Made by a program: the position numbers and the translations under genes
Part shown: one piece after another, positions 1-13,187 of the stretch
Layout of the letters: each line of letters opens with the position of its first letter
Numbering within the stretch: the stretch's first letter is position 1
The notes under the pieces: model-generated
What the model saw: only the letters and a program-made list of their open reading frames with translations
Told to the model about the DNA's origin: nothing
The model's database searches: none
From: Octopus vulgaris
Lineage: Eukaryota
Reading direction: 5' to 3'
Assembly (NCBI GenBank): GCA_951406725.2
Contig: OX597818.1
Span: 61,752,001-61,816,000, forward strand
Length of the DNA stretch: 64,000 bases

Positions 1-240
1 GGAGAAAAGGACCAAGCATTTGGGACTAAGCTCTCAGCTAAGAGAAAAAGTAAAGATATCCTTTTTGATTTTTTTTGTTCAAGTACTTTCTTCTCACAGA
101 CAAAGAGTCGGAACCAAAACACACCAGTTACCTCCTCTTGTCATCACCACATACAAACTTATCCAATCTCATTTACTACAGTTCCTACAGATGCAGACCA
201 CTACCAGTTTACTGGGAAGCTTTTTGTCTTATTCTTTTAA

Positions 241-373
241 ATTGCTGCTACGACTACTACTACTACTACTACTACAACTACTACTGCTGCTGCTACTACT
301 ACTACTACTAGTAATGCTACTATTACTACTACAACTACTAATGCTGCTGCTACTACTACTACTACTACTACTT

Positions 374-469
<96 letters not shown>

Positions 470-514
470 ATGCTACTATTACTACTACAACTACTAATGC
501 TGCCGCTGCTACTT

Positions 515-555
<41 letters not shown>

Positions 556-596
556 GCTACTACTACTACTACTGATGCTGCTGCTGATGCTAGTAA
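241..596. repeat. (CTA)n/(CTG)n triplet microsatellite with an internal (GTA)n inverted block
   Basis: Read directly; explains the poly-Leu/Ser/Val ORFs at 20-691, 229-627 and 237-608. Confidence 0.95.
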
Positions 597-620
597 GAAG
601 ACGATCAATATTTTTCTTCC

Positions 621-687
621 TTAGCACCTGTAAATCTCATAGAACAATTCACGATTTTCCAGAATTCGATCAACCGATAATCTGTTT
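621..687 (-). CDS. Weak candidate terminal coding exon (NRLSVDRILENRELFYEIYRC* or KQIIG*)
   Basis: Minus-strand acceptor ttatctttatactttgttattag|AAACAG, then non-repetitive open frame to TAA at 621-623; no homolog recognised. Confidence 0.22.
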
Positions 688-792
688 CTAATAACAAAGT
701 ATAAAGATAAATTGCTGGTGTTTGAAACATGATATTTCAGTCAGATGTTGAAGATTTTTCAAAGAGATTATAGAAAACAGTTAGTTGTTTGC

Positions 793-850
<58 letters not shown>
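793..850. repeat. (GTT)n microsatellite
   Basis: Read directly. Confidence 0.95.
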
Positions 851-1159
851 ATGCGCTTAGGATGATGAGAGAGAAAAATAAAAGATAAAATAAGGAAATT
901 AGCAGCAAGCTGATTTGGATTCGAAAATAATCTGAGAAAACAAATACATGGCATGGCCATATGCTTGAGAAATTCACTTGCCAATCAAAGGGTTCTGGTT
1001 TCAATCCTCCTTCATTTCACATTGTAATCATGAGAACAATCAAATGTAAAAGATATAACATTAGTTAATAAAAATAGGTTTTAGCCACTCAAGATTATAC
1101 CAAGGAGAAGAATTGCCAAGAATCTGAAGAAAAACGCAATATTTTGTTTCAAAGGATGT

Positions 1160-1362
1160 TTCTTATTTCTTTACTGCCCACAAGGGGCTACACACAGAGG
1201 AGACAAAACAAGGACAGACAAATGCAGTAAGTCGATTACATTGACCCCAGTGCGTAACTGGTACTTATTTAATCTGTCTCATTAGCCGAACCTCTAAGTT
1301 ATGGGGACGTAAACACACCTACATCAGTTGTCAAGCAATGGTGGGGGAACAAACACAGACAA

Positions 1363-1405
<43 letters not shown>

Positions 1406-1530
1406 TATATACAATGGTCTTCTTTCAGTTTTCATCTACCAAATCCACCCACAAGGCTTTGGTTGGCCCGAACGCAGTGGGACTGAACCCAGAACCATGT
1501 GGTTGGTAAGCAAGCTACTTACCACACTGC
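1160..1530 (-). mobile_element. Chimeric SINE: family A head/body joined to family B 3' tail
   Basis: 1160-1273 matches the B 3' end; 1274-1530 matches A, internally deleted; the switch falls at the shared AATAAGTAC motif. Confidence 0.7.
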
Positions 1531-1650
1531 CTCCGTTCACTTTATTTTCAATTAATCATTCATTATCTTTTTGCTTTGAGATTTTGATGACATGCCTGTT
1601 TATTTCTAGTATGACATCGTAGCGAAGGTGTGAGAGGCTGGATCTGGCCA

Positions 1651-1968
1651 TACAGTTCTATATTTGAGAGATGAGGAATTATGTACATTTTTTTACATCT
1701 GACGGATATTTGCCCTCATCTATGAGGCTAATGTACTCATAGATGTACTCTCCAGCCTTCATTTATGAAGGCTGGAGATGAAGGCTAATGTACTCTCCAG
1801 CCTTCATCAGGTGTCTTGAGGAAATTTCGAACCTGGGTTCTCATTGCTAAGGTATTTTTCTGATGCTGTTGTTATTATTATTATTCTTATTATTTGGGTC
1901 ACTGCCTGGAATTGAACTCGGAATCTTGGGGTTAGTGGCCCGCACTTTTAACCACTAAGCCATATGTC
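1651..1968 (-). mobile_element. tRNA-headed SINE with hammerhead-type tail; ribozyme core disrupted
   Basis: A-box TGGCTTAGTGG, B-box GAGTTCAATTCC, (AAT)n, then GACAC-CTGATGA-AGGCTG; colinear with 49974-50285. Confidence 0.8.
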
Positions 1969-2015
1969 TGTGGTCAGTTTGAATATAAAACAAGTAGAAT
2001 ATTTGGGCCAGATAT

Positions 2016-2229
2016 AAGGCGGCAAGCTAGCAGAATTGTTAGCACACTAGATGAAATGCATGGTGGTGTTTCATCTTCCGCTACATTCTGGGTTCAAATC
2101 CTGCCAAGGTCAACTTTGCCTCTCATCCTTTCAGGGGTCAATAAATCCAGTACCAGTTATGCACTGGGGTCGATATAATCGACAAGACCCCTCCAGAACA
2201 ATTTCCCACCTTGTGTTCTATAGTAGAAA
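2016..2229 (+). mobile_element. SINE B variant with 20-bp TSD
   Basis: AAGGCGGCAAGCTAGCAGAA head; TSD agaatatttgg(g/a)ccagatat at 1996-2015 and 2230-2249. Confidence 0.85.
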
Positions 2230-2570
2230 AGAATATTTGGACCAGATATGACCAGTTTAAGTGCTAAAAGGATAAAGAAAGCACTAGTGGGGCCACAGAA
2301 TAATTTGCAAGCCCGAAAGACAATATGAAGAGACATTTGATTGCTATTTCTAGCAAATTGTGTGGTCACATGAAGGCTCTTTCTTTGTCTCAACTGACTT
2401 AACTACAGAGTTCAGTAATATTTACAGACTAATGTATTTAAGTTTGTACAGCAGCTGAAGATTAAATTTATGAATCTGTGTTTGTTCAAATTACAAAAAA
2501 ACAGATAAAACACTATTAGAATGTTATTTAATAAATATTACAAATATACTACACGAAAAATTGTACATGA

Positions 2571-3262
<692 letters not shown>

Positions 3263-3410
3263 CAAACGAAAGTGTTAAAGTGAGAAGGAAGACATAAAAA
3301 TAAAAAAGGTCTTTCGGTCTTTCCAAAATTCTGACAACATTTGTTTTCAATATTCAAGTCTGTACATCACATCTAACACTCTACACACACACACACACAC
3401 ACACATATAT

Positions 3411-3705
3411 TCTTTTACTCATTTCAGTCATTTCACTGCGGCCATACTGGAGCATCACCTTTAGTCGAGCAAATCAACCCCAGGGCCTATTCTTTGTAAG
3501 CCTAGTACTTATTCTATTGGTCTCTTTTACCAAACTTCTAAGTTACGGGGATGTAAACACACCAGCATCGGTTATCACGTGATGTTGGGGGGGGGGACAA
3601 ATACAGACACACAAACATACACACCTAGGGTTGATTTTGCTTGACTAAAAGCGGTGCTCCAGCATGGCTACAGTCAAATGACTGAAAAAAATAAAAGAAT
3701 TAAAG
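3411..3705. mobile_element. Two SINE A 3' fragments (minus 3411-3625, plus 3628-3705)
   Basis: Match the 3' half of the copy at 3786-4198. Confidence 0.8.
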
Positions 3706-3735
3706 AATATATTTGTGTGTGTGTATGTATATGTA

Positions 3736-3777
<42 letters not shown>

Positions 3778-3785
3778 CACACACA

Positions 3786-4198
3786 GGAGTGGCTGTGTGG
3801 TAAGTAGCTTGCTAACCAACCACATGGTTCCGGGTTCAGTCCCACTGCGTGGCATCTTGGGCAAGTGTCTTCTGCTATAGCCCCGGGCCGACCAATGCCT
3901 TGTGAGTGGATTTGGTAGACGGAAACTGAAAGAAGCCTGTCGTATATATGTATATATATGTGTATGTATGTGTGTGTTTGTTTGTGTGTCTGTGTTTGTA
4001 CCCCTAGCATTGCTTGATAACCGATGCTGGTGTGTTTACGTCCCCGTCACTTAGCAGTTCGGCAAAAGTGACCGATAGAATAAGTACTGGGCTTACAAAG
4101 AATAAGTCCCGGGGTCGAGTTGCTCGATTAAAGGCGGTGCTCCAGCATGGCCGCAGTCAAATGACTGAAACATGTAAAAGAGTAAAAGAGTAAAGAGT
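3786..4198 (+). mobile_element. Full-length tRNA-derived SINE A
   Basis: GGAGTGGCTGTGTGGTAAG (A-box), GGTTCAGTCCC (B-box), CTTGGGCAAGTGTCTT, internal (TA/TG) tract, (GTAAAAGA)n tail. Confidence 0.92.
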
Positions 4199-4246
4199 AT
4201 ATAGACATACACAAATACATAAATATACACATAAAGACATGTATAT

Positions 4247-4626
4247 ACTCTTTACTCTTTCAGTTGTTTCAGTCATTTGAGTGTGGCCATGCTGGAGCAC
4301 CGCCTTTAGTCGAGCAAATCGACCCCAGGACTTATTATTTGTAAACTTAGTACTTATTCTATCGGTCTCTCTTGCCGAACCGCTAAATGATGGGGCCATA
4401 AACACACCAGCATCGGTTGTCAAGCGATGTTGGGGGAACAAACACACACAGACATATACATAAATATACGACGGGCTTCTTTCAGTTTCTGTCTACCAAA
4501 TCCACTCACAAAGCTTTGGTCAGCCCGAGACTATAGTAGAAGACACTTGCCCAAGGTGCCTAGCAGTGGGACTGAACCCGGAACCATGTTACTGGTAAGC
4601 AAGCTACTTACCACACAGCCACTCCT
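4247..4626 (-). mobile_element. Full-length SINE A, inverted relative to 3786-4198
   Basis: Reverse-complement match to the neighbouring copy. Confidence 0.92.
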
Positions 4627-4950
4627 GTGCCTATATATATATATATATATATACATACATACGCATACATGCATGCATACATATACATACATACATACAT
4701 ACATACATACATACATACATACATACATACATGCACACACATACATTTGCATGTGTGTAATAAACATATTTGACAAAAATTTGAATTACAATCAATTCTT
4801 TGATAATTATAACTCCGCCCACCTCTACCATCACCACCACGACCACCACCACCAAAAATAATATTAAAAAAACCACATGAAACCATGTTAAATTATTGTC
4901 TCAACAGCTGTGCTGTGACATCTGATAAAAGAGGTGTTGTATTCAGCAAC

Positions 4951-4951
<1 letters not shown>

Positions 4952-5020
<69 letters not shown>
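4952..5020. repeat. (AAT)n microsatellite
   Basis: Read directly. Confidence 0.95.
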
Positions 5021-5021
<1 letters not shown>

Positions 5022-5249
5022 CAAGGCAATTAACTGATTACTGATTATACAGCTGTGCTAATGATTGCAGTATGTCAGCTATTGGACATTAAAAGATAAC
5101 AATAAACGAAAATATATGCAGCATAAATCATCTGATGAATAAATATAGGTTGCTGCTGCTGCTGTTTAGCCCTGGGTTAATCCTGTTTGAGTAGATTCGT
5201 TAGAAAAAGATGTTCTCGTTATAATTGCTTACTTTTTATATATTTTTTT

Positions 5250-6014
5250 TACTCTTTCATTTGTTTCAGTCATTTGACTGTGTGTGGCTATGCTGGAGCA
5301 CCGCCCTTTTAGTCGAACAGAATCTTTATTCTTAGTAAGCCTAGTACTTATTGTATCACTCTGTTTTGACGAACTGCTAAGTTACAGGAACATAAACACA
5401 CCAGCGTCTGTTGTCAAGTGATGGTAGTGGTAGGTGGGGACAAACACAAACACACAAACATATAGCCACATATATACACACACATCATCATCATCATCAT
5501 TTAGCGTCCGCTTTCCATGCTAGCATGGGTTGGACGGGTCAACTGGGGTCTGTGAAGCTGGAAGGCTTCGTCAGGCCCAGTCAGATCTAGCAGTGTTTCT
5601 ACGGCTGGATGCCCTTCCTAATGCCAACCACTCCGCGAGTGTAGTGGGTGTTTTTTACGTGCCACCTGCACAGGTGCCAGACAGAGCTGGCGAACGGCCA
5701 CGAACGGATGGTGCTTTTACGTGTCACCGGCACGGGGCCAGGCGATGCTGGCAACGGACACGAACGGATGGTACTTTACGTGCCACCGACACGGGGCCAG
5801 ACGAGAGCTGGCAAACGGCCACGAACGGACGGTGCTTTTACTTGTCACCGGCACGGGGGCCAGCCGAGGCTGACAACGAACACGAACGGATGGTGCTTTT
5901 ACGTGCCACCGACACGGGGCCAGACAGAGCTGACAAACGGCCACGAACGGACGGTGCTTTTACGTGCCACCGGCACGGGGGCCAGCCGAGGCTGGCAACG
6001 GACGCGAACGGATG

Positions 6015-6053
<39 letters not shown>

Positions 6054-6212
6054 CGATGGGCTTCTTTCAGTTTCCATCTACCAAATCCACTGACATGGCT
6101 TTGGTTGGCCTGAGGTTATAGTAGAAAAAACTTGCTGAAGGTGTCATGCAGTGGGACTGAACCTGGAACCACGTCGCTTGTAAGCAAAACTACTTACCAC
6201 ACAGCCACTCCT
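5250..6212 (-). mobile_element. SINE A split by an RTE-type 3' fragment
   Basis: A 3' half at 5250-5483, A 5' half at 6016-6212. Confidence 0.85.
5484..6015 (-). mobile_element. 5'-truncated RTE-type LINE 3' UTR (or derived non-autonomous element) with ~6 internal ~60-bp repeats
   Basis: (TGA)n tail, CCATGCTAGCATGG palindrome, TTAGGAAGGGCATCC motif, tandem GTGCCACCGRCACGGGGCCAG units. Confidence 0.8.
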
Positions 6213-8031
6213 GTGCCTATACATCAAGAAATGAAATGTTTTTTGAGGCATTGTATATGCTGGACCACATTACCTTCATAACTCTTACTTGTTTCAGTCA
6301 TTTGGTTGTGGCCATGCTGGAGCACTGCATTGAAATGAATCAAATCTGTGCTTGTATGAGTCAAATGGGATTTGATGAGGGAGAGTTTCTACAACTGGGT
6401 ACTCTTCCTGTCACTAACCTTTATTTGTCTCCTAATAAGGTAATATTTCCTCTTGGCCAGACATGCTTCTGCAGAATATCAGAAATAAATGCCTCCTGCT
6501 TGAATAACAGTGATACTCATTTACAACCATCACACGATGTCAAGACAAGGATATACAAACACACATATTATAAATACACATGACAGGCTTCTTTCAGTTT
6601 CCACCAGCCAAACACATTCACATGGTTTTGTTCTGTTCAGAGCTATAAAATACAAAAAATACTTGTTCAGGGTGCTGTGTGGTAGGACTGAACCTGAAAC
6701 GATATGGGATGAAGCAAGCTGCTTAAGCATGTGGCCATGCCTTTTGGATATGATCTGAAAATTTAGGTGCTATTTCTAGCAGGTTGATCAGTCATGTACA
6801 GTTTCGGTTCTTTTGCTTACAGGTGACTGTATTCAGCTGAGATAGAAGTCAAATAAACAGATGGGAAACATGGACACAATAAAGTAAACAAAAACAGACA
6901 AATATGTAAATTTATGCTCACATATTTATACGATTTTATAAACAGTTTATTTTGGGATCAGTTTATATTCAAAACTGTTTGTATAGAGGGAAACAGAAAG
7001 CTCACAGGTGTAAAGCTTCAAGGTAAAACGTACTGTAGATTGAGGGAAATAGACTAAACCAAGGCTTTTATGGTGTTTATTTATTCGTTTCCAAATCAGC
7101 AGCTGATAGAGGCAAGTGACTGGAGATTAAACTAAATCATGTCAGCTAAAGCCATCGATCAGTTAAACTCCAGCACCTGACTCCTGAGTAGAATTCATTC
7201 TGTTGTAAGCATTTACACCAAGTCTTAAATTTGGTGATAATTTACTATTTTCTTTTTCTGCCACCCCACTTTAGTCTTCGAGGCTCTTGAAAGTGTCATA
7301 GATTCTGTCCTTCCTCTATTCACTATGCAATATCATTTTTGTTTTAAATTCTATGGAATAAGAAAGAAATTCTATTCAAAAAAAAAAAAATAATAATAAT
7401 AATTTTCAAGTGATTTTAGTGTAAACAAATTTTGGGTTGTACCTGACAAGATTAGACATTTTGTGTTGCCTATAACCAATCAAAAATAGATTTAAGAAAA
7501 TTTTTTAGCAATTTATTATCAATAAAAATGTGTTCTTAAATATAATGTCTTTAAAAACCAATGTCAATTTTTCCTTCAGTAATAGACAAATTTTCAAATT
7601 TTCTCATAAAAGAAACAAACACTGACAATGTATTCCATTTCTACTCTAATAATGGAGATATAATCATGATACTAAGATATTTCTCACCACAAGAACAAGA
7701 GTTTGGAATTTTTTCTATTAAATGTGTGAGAATTAAATTCAATAAAAAAAAAGTATTTAACATTTGTCAAACTTTTCTTTAGAATTTTTTTTTAACAATA
7801 GATTATCAAATCTGATTATGTCAGCATTAATTAAATTTAGTTTGGACTTTGCTAATTTCCACCCTTTAGTTCAATGACAAAATTAAGATGCCGTTGTTGA
7901 ATATAACGTAATTTTATAAGAAGCTAAATTTCTTGACGGAAGATTAGTGAGTAGAAATTGTTTAAAGAAGAAAATATTTGAGTAAACATTAGTTCTGTTA
8001 TCGGTTCTTTTAATGGAGATTGATTCATTAT

Positions 8032-8345
8032 AGGCATGACTATGAGGGAAGAAGCTTGCTTCCAAACCACATGCTTCTGGGTTCAATCTCACTGTGTGGC
8101 ACCTTGAGCAAATGTCTTCTACTATTGCCTTGGGCTGACCAAAGCCTTGTGAGTGGATTTGGTAGATGGAAATTAAAAGAAGCTTGTGTGTGTGTATTAT
8201 ATGTGTGTGTGTGTGTGTGTATCTACCCCCACCACCAGGCTTTAAAAAGATAAGTGCAGGGGTCGGTTCATTTGACCGAAATTTCTTCAAGGTGGTGCTC
8301 CATCATGGCCACAGTCTAATGACTGAAACAAACAAAAAATAAAAG
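8032..8345 (+). mobile_element. Degenerate SINE A
   Basis: Head and 3' end recognisable, middle deleted. Confidence 0.75.
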
Positions 8346-9085
8346 ATCACCACCATTGTTAAACATCTATTTTTTTTTTTCTTTTGAAGCATGACTGGGT
8401 CAGATATGACTTCGCAGAGACAGGTTTTTCTATGGCTGGATGCTCTTCCTGACACCAACCTGTTCCAAAACCAAGTGATAATCATCCAATTAAATAACAA
8501 ATAGCCTGGACATACTTTTGGAGAACTGCAAACAAATAATGCCATTTGCATAAAAAAGATGTGATGCCTTTGCTTAGAATCACAACACTCCTGTAAAGTC
8601 AACAAAGAATGTACTCATAGTCATGTACCCATGCATGCATGGCGGTGCCCCAGCATGGCCACAGCTCATGAGCTGAAACTAGAATCAATCAATCATAGGC
8701 ACACACAATTATTAAGGGCTCAATCCAGTTTCTGTTTTCCAGTTTCATTCATAAGTCACCCCATAGCTAGTGTAGATGATATCAGTATCTCATGCATTAA
8801 GGACAGAACCACCTACCATGTGATTCGAAAGTTAACATCTTAACCAAATAGTCCCATGTCTGCCATCATATTTTAAATATTGGTTTAAAATTTGGAATAA
8901 GGCCATCAATATTCAGGTAGAGCTTAAGTTGATTAGATTGACCTTAGTAATCAACTACTGCTTATTTTATCAACCCCAAAAAGATGAAAGGCAAGGTCGA
9001 CCTTGGCGGAATTTGAATTCAGAAAGATGGATTTAATATTGCTAAGCATTTTCCCCATTGTGTTCACAATTCTTTTTTTTTTTTT

Positions 9086-9492
9086 TTGCCCACAAGGGGG
9101 GAAACATAGAGGGGACAAACAAGGACAGACAAACGGATTGAGTCGATTATATTGACCCCAGTGTGTAACTGGTATTTAATTTATTGACTCCAAAAGGATG
9201 AAAGGCAAAGTCAACGTCGGCGGAATTTGAACTCAGAAAGTAGTGGCAGACGAAATACCTATTTCTTTACTATCCACAAGGGGCTAAACACAGAGAGGAC
9301 AAACAAGGACAGACAAATAGATTAAGTCGATTATATTGACCTCAGTGTGTAACTGGTACTTATTTAATCGACCCCGAAAGGATGAAAGGCAAAGTCAACC
9401 TAGGTGGAATTTGAACTCAAAACATAATGGCAGACAAAATACCGTTAAGCATTTCACCCGGCGTGCTAACGTTTCTACCAGCTCGCCGCCTT
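9086..9492 (-). mobile_element. SINE B tandem dimer (preceded by a degenerate B variant at ~8880-9072)
   Basis: Two ~184-bp bodies joined at cgaaatacctatttc; one head; central motif resembles the MetaSINE domain (recalled, not searched). Confidence 0.88.
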
Positions 9493-10876
9493 TTGTTAAC
9501 AATTGTCTTAACAATTCTGTCAATTTGTCGCCTTTGTATTTTAAGTATTGTTAGGAGATGTAAGGTGCCACTCTTGTTAGAAACATTGAAAGATTCCTTA
9601 AATGTTTGAATTAAATGGAAGATGAAATCAAGAGAACTTTGGGAAAATAAATAGATTAAAATTAAAAAAACAGAAGCATAATTTAAGGACCAAATAATAG
9701 AAAGAATTGGTTTGACTAACCTTTTTTTTTACTACAGTAAAAGAATGGAGATGGTAAGTGGGTGGCTTAGAGTTCTGGTTATGAGTGGTTAGATATCTGA
9801 ATTGAGAGTTCATAGGTTCAAGCTCTGTATACAAACTATAATTATATCATTCAAAACTATAGACTTTTTCTATTATTTATGATAATAAATACTTAACACA
9901 GAGATTAATTTTTTTAATTATCTGCTCTTTCTGAAATCTTGAAAAGGAGGAGAAATATTGTTTTTCTCGTAATTTCAATACACACAAGTTAACATTTGAA
10001 CTAAAATAACCAATTGTTCATTCCATTCTATCAGCCATTGAAAACAGTTTTTATTTTTTTAATTAAATACTCAATTAACTATTCTCACTTTCTATCAGTC
10101 AATTTACAGAATAAGTAAACAATACAAACTGAATAATAAAGGATGAAAAGATGTTTGTATAGACAATAAGTTGACAATAGTCAATCTATTTCAAAAGAAA
10201 TCAGAAGAGAAATTCAATAGGCAATATATTATTTTAAAACTATAATTTTTTTTTTTCTATACTCGCACCCCCCTAAATGACATTCTATAAACAATAAATT
10301 ACCAAATAAGAAGGTGAAACTATAAAAGCAAAATATATCAATTCAAACAGGACTCTGTTCTTTGAGATTAACATATGAGATAAATCACTCAATTAGTTTG
10401 CAGCTAAAACCAATAAAGTCCTTTGTTGTACACAAATCTGCTTGGTTTGATTGGGAGCGTAATTTTTTTTTTAATATTTAGTCACAATTTTTCTGTTCGG
10501 TTGACACAAGGCAATTCATTCTTGTATTATAGGACTAAAAGATTTTCTAAATGACAAAATGTCCACATGAGAAACTTTTATAAAAATGTTCAGAAAATTC
10601 TTTCTTTTACGAAAAAGAAAAACACACTATGACAAAATCAAAATGAATTGTAACGACTTGAGTTAATTAGCAGTCATTATTAGCGAATACAATTTTTTAC
10701 CCCATGTTTTAGCTTGTCAAACTTTAAAAGGTGACTCTGAAATAGTGATAGCATCAATGTCTTAACAGCATAGAGCTTTCTTCAAACTAATGCAAGCTCA
10801 ATTTTTTTTTTAAACTTCATTTCTGTTTTACTCCCAGCAATAAAAATGAACATAAATTAACCAACTATTTAATAAA

Positions 10877-11258
10877 TCATCATCATCATCATCGTTTAAC
10901 GTCCGCTTTTCATGCTAGCATGGGTTGGACGATTGACTGAGGGCTGGCGAACCAGATGGCTGCACCAGGCTTCAATCTTGATCTGGCAGAGTTTCTACAG
11001 CTGGATGCCCTTCCTAACACCAACCACTCTGAGAGTGTAGTGGGTGCTTTTACGTGCCAGTCAGGCGGTACTGGCAATGACCTCGCTCGAATCTTTTACA
11101 CATGCCACCGGCACAGGTGCCAGTAAGGCGATGATGGTAATGATCACGCTCGAATTGTGTCTTTTACGTGCCACCGGCATGGAGACCAGATAGCCACTCT
11201 GGCAATGATCAAACTCATATGGTGCTCTTTGCACCCTGCTGGCATGGACGCCAGTCAT
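10877..11258 (-). mobile_element. RTE-type 3' UTR fragment, divergent subfamily
   Basis: (CAT)n-CGTTTAACGTCCGC terminus, GGATGCCCTTCCTAA, diverged ~60-bp units. Confidence 0.8.
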
Positions 11259-12167
11259 TGTTAAAACAAATCTTTTTGCATTAATAGAAATTATCAGTAT
11301 TCTTCAAAGAACTGTTAAATAATTTGTTAACATAACTACTATTACTGCAGCTAGTTACTGCCAGTTGTACATTAATGGGGTCCAGGTTGAGAACCCAACA
11401 TTGCTAAGATATAAATTAAACCCTTTGAGTTACCTATTGCCTTTAGACAGGCCATACTGGAGCATAACTTGTTGTCAGTTTTGATCCTTATAATGTCCAT
11501 CACCATCTCTATAAACAACAACAAAGCTTACATCCTTACTATCTTCATCTCAGTAGTCCACTAATACTTGCTGTGTTTACTTATGTATAAGTCACACTAT
11601 TGTATTTTTTTTAATGCACCCTTTTCAAGCCTAGCCAGGCTCATGGGCCCAGTTTCTATGGCATACGTGCTCTCCCCAGTAAGACTGGAAGCCAGTCCAT
11701 CGCAGCATTACTCAAGAAACAGGAAGAAAGACTGAGAGAAAGTTGTGGCGAAAGAGTAGAACAGGTCTTAGCAGCACAAATTGACCCCAGGGCTTACTTT
11801 TGTTTAAAAAGGGCCTGGTACTGATTCTGTTGGGATTCTTTCTCTGAATTGTTAATTTACTGGGATGTAAACAAACCAACACTAGTTTTTAAGCAGTGTG
11901 TGAACATCTCTGGTGGTAGAGTAAGCACAAATGCCGACACACACACACATGCACACACACACACATGCACACACACATACATGCACACACACATGCACAC
12001 ACACATACATGCACACACACACACATGCACACACACACACATGCACACACACATACATGCACACACACACACATTATTACTTTAATGTACATTCCTCCAT
12101 GTTCTCCCTCTCTCTTTCACACAAGCACACACAAATACACACTCACACGCACACAAACACACACACT

Positions 12168-12198
<31 letters not shown>

Positions 12199-12671
12199 CA
12201 GGCTTCTACACAGATCAATGTATGAATAAATAATGATTATGGATAAAAATCAAAATTTTGTGACTGATTCACTGATCTTTACAAAAGGAACATGCATTGT
12301 GAACAAACGACATTAAATTCCATTTTGACAAAATCCACAAAATCCCTTCTCCATTAAGTACGTAGCAAAAAAAAAAAACAAAAAAAAAAAAAAACAGTTG
12401 CACAATTAATAAGTGAATGTTGTAAATGAGTTAATAAACCATAATAATTTTGTATGAATCATCTAATGTTTCAATGTAGCATCAAAACCTCTGTTGCTAT
12501 TCAGTACGATCATAAAGTAAAACATAAGAGACCTGACATTGTTATTGTGATTATTAACAAATAATGACACAAAGTGAACAAAATAAAAAAATAGATAAAA
12601 TGTAAATAATTGATATTGAAATGGTTCAGGATTATAGAATTAGGATCAGAGTACGAGAGGACATTAAGTAC

Positions 12672-12904
12672 CTATTTCTTTATTACCCACAAGGGGCTAA
12701 ACACAGAGAGGACAAACAAGGACAGACAAATGGATTAAGTTGATTACATCGACCCCAGTGCGTAACTTGTGCTTAATTTATCGACCCCGAAAGGATGAAA
12801 GGCAAAGTCGACCTTGGCGAGACATTTGAACTCTAAGACGTAACGGCAAACGAAATACTGCAAAGCATTTCGCCCGGCGTGCTAACGCTTCTGCCAGCTC
12901 GCCG
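12672..12904 (-). mobile_element. SINE B monomer with 13-bp TSD
   Basis: Flanks gacattaagtacc and gacatgaagtacc. Confidence 0.88.
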
Positions 12905-13187
12905 AAGACATGAAGTACCACAAACTCAAGTGAGAGATTAAAAATATGTCATCGCCAGAGAAGAGACATTTATTATCAACAGTAATAGGATCTGTGGGTA
13001 GGTTCTCAAATAAACTTTACAAAAGATTGAAATAAAGAATTAAAGGTTCAAAATGAATGCTACCAGAAAATAGTTACTAGGCATGGCTGTTATGTTTAGG
13101 AAGGTCAGGTCACTTCTGAACACCATGATTTCAAGTTCAGTCCCACTGAACAAATGTCTTTTAGCATTGTCCCAGAATTAACAATGC

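Larger units (their letters stand above)
1540..2275 (+). mobile_element. piggyBac-like MITE remnant interrupted by two SINEs
   Basis: Segments match the TTAACCCT-terminated element at 14563-14773 and the partial copy at 15965-16131. Confidence 0.55.

Noticed and set aside
20-691. 223-aa poly-Leu/Val ORF and the antisense poly-Ser ORF
   Set aside because: Produced by stop-free frames of the (CTA)n microsatellite; begins at TTG
5650-6015. CRISPR-like look of the ~60-bp periodic repeats (also 62885-63100)
   Set aside because: Whole units repeat with no unique spacers, no cas genes, and they lie inside a eukaryotic retroelement
5530-6121. 157-161-aa repetitive ORFs (also 62759-63209)
   Set aside because: GC-rich tandem units read antisense to the retroelement; open by composition
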